A stretch of DNA of 64,000 nt, taken from assembly GCA_030141605.1 (NCBI GenBank), contig JAQGDQ010000005.1, forward strand, positions 1,302,180 through 1,366,179, read 5' to 3'. This document shows, piece after piece, positions 51,657 through 64,000 of the stretch (positions are counted from its first letter, which is position 1; every line of letters starts with the position of its first letter). This DNA is from Tubiluchus corallicola (lineage: Eukaryota; Animalia; Priapulida). The notes beneath the pieces are model-generated. The model was not told the DNA's origin. It did not search any database and was given only the letters and a program-made list of their open reading frames with translations. The position numbers and the translations under genes were made by a program.

Positions 51657-52460
51657 TTTGTATTACGTCTTTGTTGTAAAAATTATCATTTTTTCTTTTC
51701 ATAAATTTTCTTAAACTGTGATAAACTCCTTCTGGTATTTTTATTTTTAATAAGTTCTTCTACAGCCTAAGACACAGATACTTGTTAACCCAGCTGGCTT
51801 TTGTTAAATGGCAAATGTGGTTGTGATTGCAAGCAGATAGCTTAAGATGCATATTATTAGTGATTTAACGTTTAACTTTTGCTCTAAACTTGGCCAATTA
51901 TTTGACTGCAGGTTCAAACTTACTTATACAAATAACTTTCAAACTAGATTACTTTTCCTGTGAGAATTTTGTTGTTTTAGAAGTGGGCTTTTAAGCATTT
52001 TAAGTGGTAGTTATGTATATAATATCGTTTTATACAATCACCACATTGTTTTAAAAAATAGTATTTAAATTTTAGTATTAGTTTGCAAAGCATGCCTCTT
52101 GCCTTTAAGTAATTATTTCTATTTTTGTGCTCTTAAAAGCCATCATTTGCCTTATTTTGTTTTTAATTTTTTGAAAAAATGGTGTAGCATTTAATTAAGC
52201 AAGGTGCTGCATTATCAATTTCATTAACTCAGTCATTTTTATTAGAGTATATATTGTAATAACATTAATTATTATACTACAAACTATAAAAAACAGTCTG
52301 GGTAAGGTACTTTTTTGTAATAACAAGTGGTTCTAACATGTTTTGTACAGTTATAATTATGTAAGTTATTTTAACTAAATCTTTTATTGTTGAAAAGTAT
52401 TTCATTTGGCTAATAAATAATTATGTAGAGCCTAGTTGTTTTGATAGACAATTGTTGAAC

Positions 52461-52466
52461 AATAAA
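52461..52466 (+). terminator. Candidate SVIL polyadenylation signal
   Basis: AATAAA followed by a GT-rich tract near 52495-52530; a second AATAAA lies at 52412. Confidence 0.45.
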
Positions 52467-52643
52467 GTACAGTGCAATTTGTAAGTCAAGTGTTGACAGT
52501 GATTGTTTGGTTTGTTTCTAGTATTTTGTGTTGAGTAAATTCAAGTGTGATGTAATTTCAAGATAAGAATGCACAATCACCATCATTCATTCGAGATTAA
52601 CTGTGAATACGAATATGTCTAACTCATTAATTAAATCACTGAA

Positions 52644-52649
52644 TTTATT
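52644..52649 (-). terminator. Candidate polyadenylation signal of the 487-aa gene
   Basis: tttatt (AATAAA on the - strand) about 200 nt after its stop. Confidence 0.4.
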
Positions 52650-52842
52650 TTAGCAGCTTTTGCACCAAATTAAATCGTGTTTAAAATGACATTCGCAATA
52701 CCTCACCTTATAAACTTGTTTTTCTACTACCCTGTTAGAACAGTAGTAATATGGGAAGTTTGTATCTTACAATCTACCAATACATGACATGAATTTGTAC
52801 AGTATTTAGCTTTTGGCATAATTCGTCTGCACTGCACGCCAT

Positions 52843-54306
52843 TTATATTACTCCATAGGGAGGTAAACGTCGTAATAACATCCACTGTTCCAGCGTTCTT
52901 GGAGGTCCAAATAAAATCTTTACAATTACAAACTGCAGAGCTGACTGCATACTGATTGTGCACAAATTGTAAATAGGCATGGACATAACTATCAAGCAAA
53001 TCTTTTGACTACCATGAATGATGCGATTAATGCTGGTGGTTGAAAGGACATCATCTTCTGCAAAAATTGCTAATTCGCTTAAGCATTTTTCTATCTCGCT
53101 GTCACTAGTCAATTTTCTAACTTCATCTGCTAACTCTTGAAACCAAGCAGCCAGTTTAAATGTTGGAACCCATATCTGGGGTTCAACGGATCCTCTCATC
53201 GCTTTTACGTCTCTTTGAAAGTGTGGACTGACTTTTAAAGCTAAAAATTTTGTCCTAAATCTGCTGGACATGTTTCGTTCAAATTTCTCAAGTTTATGTT
53301 CCAGATTTCTGGCACAATTGGCTTTCATTCTATCAAAATTGTGCTGGTTGCGAGCCACGACATGCTTGGGTGACAAATATGCATCATTCTTACTTGTCGA
53401 GTAGTCTTCTTCATCAAAATCTGCAATAGTTTGCCATAATGGAAGCTTCTTTGTCTCCCTCTTCTCTTCACTCCAGCAATTCCCTGCCTCAGTTTTCTTA
53501 TTCATTTTGGAGGCAAAATTTACCTTGCTTGCAGCATATGAACTCATCAACTCGTCCCAGGTTTCAATTTTTTTCTTTCTTCTGGGATAGTTATCTAAGT
53601 GATGAATGGGTGTGGCTGGAGTACCACTGATTAGACTATTTGCAATTTCATCGCTGCAGCTGCTTGACCTGCCTAAGTCTTTTGATTGTGGCATTTCGTT
53701 AACTTGTTTTCTACCGTGCATCTTGTTTCTGTACTTAAACGTTTGAGGATCAGCGATCGCATCCAGCATGCCTGAGGGAAGAGGCTGAACATTGCGCAAG
53801 TATTTGTTGTTCATATTTTTCAGAATCTTTAAAAGCTTGAGGATATTCTGGAGTTTGGACAAGAATTGCTTTCGTTTCCTAGTGTGTGCAGGTATCTTGT
53901 CCATTTCAGGCAGATGTTCCACAACACTCTCTACTTTTGTCATTTGTTTTGCTTTTTCCACACTGGTTATTATCTCTGTCAGTGGTATTTCTATGTTAGA
54001 AGTGCTGCACAGAACCATTTCACCCTCTACTCTGGCCATTTCTTTTTCTTTTGCACGGGCAGCGCTTGCCTTTTTGAAACACTGTTCGAAATCTTGCCCA
54101 GCTTTCACTTGTATTATGTGTCTATTAGATTCTTTTAGCATCTGTTTGATAAGACCCATGCCTGCAAACTGCCACTGAGAGTCAATAGGTTTTTGGAAAG
54201 TAGCAGATTCACTGGTTTCACTTTCGTTTTCAGGTGTTTTGTCTTCATATTTACTGCTAGTAATCAGCTTTTCAGCTGGATTTTTGTCAGCTACTGCATC
54301 ACCCAT
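52843..54306 (-). CDS. Single-coding-exon protein with CCDC60/DUF4698-like C-terminus
   Basis: 487-aa ORF; in-frame TAA directly before the ATG; splice acceptor (cctttctttttag) at 54316. The C-terminal WFQEL...IYNLCTISMQSALQFVIVKILFGPPRTLEQWMLLR follows my recollection of the CCDC60 pattern WYxDL...IWELCSPDIAVAIEFVREHIIHMPQEDYISWLQSR. The gene is likely; the family call is tentative. Confidence 0.7.
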   Translation of the reverse strand: MGDAVADKNPAEKLITSSKYEDKTPENESETSESATFQKPIDSQWQFAGMGLIKQMLKESNRHIIQVKAGQDFEQCFKKASAARAKEKEMARVEGEMVLCSTSNIEIPLTEIITSVEKAKQMTKVESVVEHLPEMDKIPAHTRKRKQFLSKLQNILKLLKILKNMNNKYLRNVQPLPSGMLDAIADPQTFKYRNKMHGRKQVNEMPQSKDLGRSSSCSDEIANSLISGTPATPIHHLDNYPRRKKKIETWDELMSSYAASKVNFASKMNKKTEAGNCWSEEKRETKKLPLWQTIADFDEEDYSTSKNDAYLSPKHVVARNQHNFDRMKANCARNLEHKLEKFERNMSSRFRTKFLALKVSPHFQRDVKAMRGSVEPQIWVPTFKLAAWFQELADEVRKLTSDSEIEKCLSELAIFAEDDVLSTTSINRIIHGSQKICLIVMSMPIYNLCTISMQSALQFVIVKILFGPPRTLEQWMLLRRLPPYGVI

Positions 54307-54859
54307 TTATCTAGACTAAAAAGAAAGGATCGGCTGTCAGGCTTCATAGATCAAACTTTGTAACCAACTTTTGGCTGGTCAAATTTGCTCAGTAGTCATT
54401 GTCTTTAACACAATAAGTCCATTTAAATGAAATCATGTCAATAAGTTAGCTTGTGCTTAATAACATTCTTCAGACTTTTCCTAACAGTAGTTAGGAATGG
54501 CACAGTTAATGGATGAGTGGAACTGCTTCATTTCTCACTTTAGCGGAAGACTGTCTACCTCAAAGAGGGAGGACATATTTTATCCTAACGTGGCTAAAAC
54601 GTCTTCTGGTCCAGTGGCTCATCTTAGAGGGCCTTCAAGTTGTGGTCTTGCCACAACTACCCAGTTGAGTAGGTCCTGCCATTGAATTATTGAATCCTGG
54701 ATTCCAACTTGTTGTGAGTGTGCTAAATTGTATATATACTGTAGTGTAAATAAACAAAATGTTACTGTCTGGCAAAGTAACGTGCATGTTCAAAGATCGC
54801 ATCAAGTTTTTTAAACGATGATGGCTGGCTACCAGACAAGATGCCACATTAACCTTGAA

Positions 54860-55810
54860 TGGCCCTTATAGCTTCTTAATCTTTATTAATGATATTACTG
54901 ATTGCATTTCCCCAGGGAGTGGCATCCCATTATTTGTTGATGATTTAAAGTCGTTTTGTCCAATTTGGGGCGACCGTGACCGTTATATTTTACAACACGA
55001 CGGATGAAATTTTAGACTGCTGCAGCAAATGGTTGATGGCTCTTAAACCTAGCAAATGTGCTTTACTTAGAATATGCCCAAAATCCACTACACTTTACTT
55101 TCTAAATAATGTACAAATAGCTGAAAAAAGCTGTATTAATGACTTGGGAGTAATGAATTTCACGTGAACCATATAATTGCAAAAGCAAATTGTTGTATTG
55201 CATGATCAAGTGCTGTGTTATATTGAGAAATGCAGCTACAATTATTCCTCTTTCAGTTAAATAAGCTGTTGTTCGACGCATTTTGGAATATATATCGAAG
55301 TACGCTACTCTCACGAATGCTCTTGGAAGATCTCAGGATGGATGTAGGCATACTGGTCTAGCTATTGACTTGCAAGATCAAGCGCTGTGTTATATTGAGA
55401 AATGCAGCTACAATTATTTCTCTTTCAGTTAAATAAGCTGTTGTTCGACTCATTTTAGAATATGTGTCGAAGTATGCTACTCTCAAAAATGCTCTTGGAA
55501 AATTCAGGATGGATGTAGGCATACTGGTCTAACTATTGATTTGGACCCCTCTTCAATTTCTACTCTTGACCAAAGATGTGAGACTGTCGATCTCGTGAAC
55601 TGCTTCAAAATAATTAGTGGTAACACTATTTTGACAGAGACAGACTTTTTTCCAGGCCTCACAGAGTGCCTCGTGATCAGAAGTTATTTGGCAACCCACT
55701 ATAACCAACATCAGATCTCACTTTTTTGGGCATCGTGTAGTTCAGCCATGGAACAGTCTTCAACCATCAGTGCAGTTGACAGTTTCAAAAAGCATTTGAG
55801 GAGGACCGTT
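54860..55810 (+). mobile_element. CR1-clade LINE RT remnant (degenerate)
   Basis: FLIFINDI, LFVDDLK (FADD-like), WLMALKPSKC, DLGV and SFKKHL motifs, with frameshifts. Confidence 0.8.
55204..55545. repeat. 172-bp tandem duplication inside the LINE remnant
   Basis: gatcaag(t/c)gctgtgttatattgagaaatgc...ggcatactggtcta starts at both 55204 and 55376. Confidence 0.9.
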
Positions 55811-55879
55811 TACAGATAATTACTATCTACGTCCTTATTTCTTTGGATAAGGTATGAGGAGGTTATTACATGTTATATG

Positions 55880-56110
55880 TAACAACAGGAGAGTAATAAA
55901 TAAATGGAATGAACTGCCACAGGAAGCCATCGAATCCAAGACTGTAAATAGGTTTCAAGGGAAAATCGACAAATCATTGCATCTTCTCAGATATATATAT
56001 ATCAACTCCGATGAAAAGCCACTAAATTCTTATATAGGATAAAAGTATCTTATCTATAAGTGATGTTATGTATGGGCAAAATACGGTTTGGACCTTAAGA
56101 ACAGCCCAAA
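55880..56110 (+). mobile_element. Second CR1-like 3' end fragment
   Basis: RVINKWNELPQEAIESKTVNRFQGKID, the typical CR1 ORF2 C-terminus. Confidence 0.75.
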
Positions 56111-57861
56111 GACAAGGTATCGAGATAAAGGACAAATGTTTAACAACTCTGTCTAATCCGCAGCTGCTGCTTGCCTTTAGTCCACTCCCCACACATATTT
56201 TAACTAAAATTACTCGATTAATCACAATTACTGACCTCTCCGTGAACTATTATTCTTGTTCTGAGGCCAGATAGTTGTAGGACAATAAAGACATTTTTCT
56301 CATAAGAAACGGAGCGTCTCCCAATAAAATATTTCAAAAACAGGAAGATTGCAAACTTGTCACTGAATAAATTCTATTCTGCCTTTTATCCTTTACATCT
56401 TGGCCATATGTCTGCATTCCTTAGTTAGCTACTAAAATTGTTCTCCTGATCTAAATTTTAGGTAAGCTTTAATGCATTGTCCAACAATGATTTAAAGTCT
56501 ACAATTGTTTTGCATTAGAACATTGTTATTTTTAATTTTGACAATGTGTTCTTGTTTAGTTCTATAGCTTGCTTGATTAGAATTGCATTTATGCCTCAGT
56601 TTGGAAGTATTTGTGCTACTCACAAATTGCTTTACTATTATTTGCACACTTTCAAAAGAAAGGCCAAGATTTCTAGTAAGTTAGAGTAATTTCAATATTT
56701 ACAAAAATGTTAGAAGGATTTAGTAATAAAAGTGTAATTAGTAAAATCACTTTAAAGTGGCAATCATTTCATACTTGGACACTTACATTTTGAATGCCCA
56801 TTTTTACACCAATGGCATCGCTCATCCACTAAAAAAAAAGCAGCACAGTATCAATTACAAGTATAACAAGTTTTTATAAAAAATTAGATAGCTAATTTTT
56901 ACACATTAACATTAGGTAAGCTGCAGAAGTCTGAGTTAGCTTAAGCGCGTAATTTCAAGTGAATGGTGGCAACTACTGTGCCAAAAAATTTCTACACAGC
57001 AGCAATCTAAATAACCTTAAGCTTAATAGACATTTTTTTAAATTTTTTTCTTTGTTTATTTTTCTAAGTTTAAGTGATAACAGTAAAATAAACCCAACAT
57101 GCTGATTGACTAGTCCTGTCCTTTAAGTGTAACAGAACTACATCTTAACTATATTGTCAGTTCAGGATGTTTTCATACAAGACGTGTTGATAGACTTAAC
57201 AAATCAAGCTATAGTTTTGTACATTAATGAAACCTCACTTCGACTTAATGGTAACAAACATTTGCGACCTTTTCCTCACATTTCCACAAACGTTTGGGTT
57301 TAACAACCAATTTTGGGTCTTTTCCTTAGCTTAAAATTTTGTTTGTTGTGTTAGAGCTTCATAATGAAACCATTTTTAACACTGATGGCTCTGCTATCAA
57401 TGTGAAATAGTCAGGTGCTGGCATATGCACCTGGTTTGAAAAAAGTCTGCTATATTACAGCATACTGTACATACAAGAGTAACAACTTTGTTACGGGCTG
57501 TTGAAGAAACATTGAATGTACAATTGCATTTATTTCCAATGAAAGGCAGAACTTCATTTAATCATGCTTCACTCCCTCCCCCATGTACAAGAACGCACAA
57601 GTGTTATTAAGCAAGGATCTATTGTAATGCAACAGTCCTTATTCAAATCCACACCTCCTTTTCAATGAAGTATGCTTTCAGAAATTTAATAATAGTGAGT
57701 TTATTCCATTATTCAGTGATTATTAAGAAATTAAGATTACAAATATATGACAGACTATGAATACTGCTGTAGCAAATATAATTACTCTGGTAGCTATAGG
57801 TATGCATTACTAACATAACAATGGCAAAAATAATATAACATATACCTAATTATCTGATTCA

Positions 57862-63527
<5,666 letters not shown>

Positions 63528-64000
63528 TTATATTCAGTCATTGAAAAAAGAAGTTAATTCTCTTCAACACCTTAACAACCATAGTTGATTATACATCTCG
63601 ACCGACAAATTTTGACTATGCAAATGTAAAAATAATTGGAAAGTTTCCATCTTTTCCAGAAATTCTGTGGCAATCATTCGACAGCAAAAGTTTCTTTCCT
63701 GTTAGCCGATTAATTTATCAACCATAGTTTTGGGTACGATCATAAAACGCGATTGTAACATATTTACAAGAGTATCTAGATAGCAACAGTTTCAAGACAC
63801 ACAGTGCATATGAGAACATGCTAGTAAGTGATCTTCTCAGAGATCTTTGCCAAACACCATTACTTTTGTTTTATCATTGGATCTGCCTGGTTCATTGCTA
63901 ACCTGTTATAACTTTACTCTTATTATATTATCGAACACTGCCTTATAGCTATCCTAAATGGCTTTCAAATTTTGGCCTTCAGTGAAAGTTGCCTTTCACC

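Noticed and set aside
53439-54178. + strand ORFs
   Set aside because: Antisense shadows of the 487-aa ORF
57242-57255. RFX X-box-like half site upstream of the CCDC60-like gene
   Set aside because: Only the ATGGTAAC half matches; too weak to support
63541-64000. Further NDOR1 5' exon
   Set aside because: No GLGDSSY or TTGQGD motif found; the exons probably lie beyond the window

Overview
AT-rich animal (probably invertebrate) genomic DNA with spliceosomal introns; there is no sign of prokaryotic content. (1) A large + strand supervillin (SVIL) gene. Its 5' end lies outside the window; 33 phase-consistent exons can be chained from 764 to the stop at 51656 (about 3,070 aa by my exon sums). 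They encode a long disordered N-terminus with SILK/GILK, TQPVT and tandem ~48-aa repeats, then gelsolin repeats and a villin headpiece. (2) A convergent - strand gene with a single coding exon (52843-54306, 487 aa) whose C-terminus resembles CCDC60/DUF4698. (3) The 3' eleven exons of NDOR1 on the - strand (57862-63516). Introns hold CR1- and RTEX-like LINE remnants, a hAT-type non-autonomous element with intact ends and a perfect 8-bp TSD, a ~2 kb foldback-like inverted repeat, tandem repeats and microsatellites. The most interesting unexplained signal is a set of candidate alternative SVIL N-termini. One encodes a signal-anchor-like helix and another starts MGC (a possible dual-acylation motif), which suggests promoter-switched membrane targeting. 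All calls were made by eye and need RNA-seq or homology confirmation.
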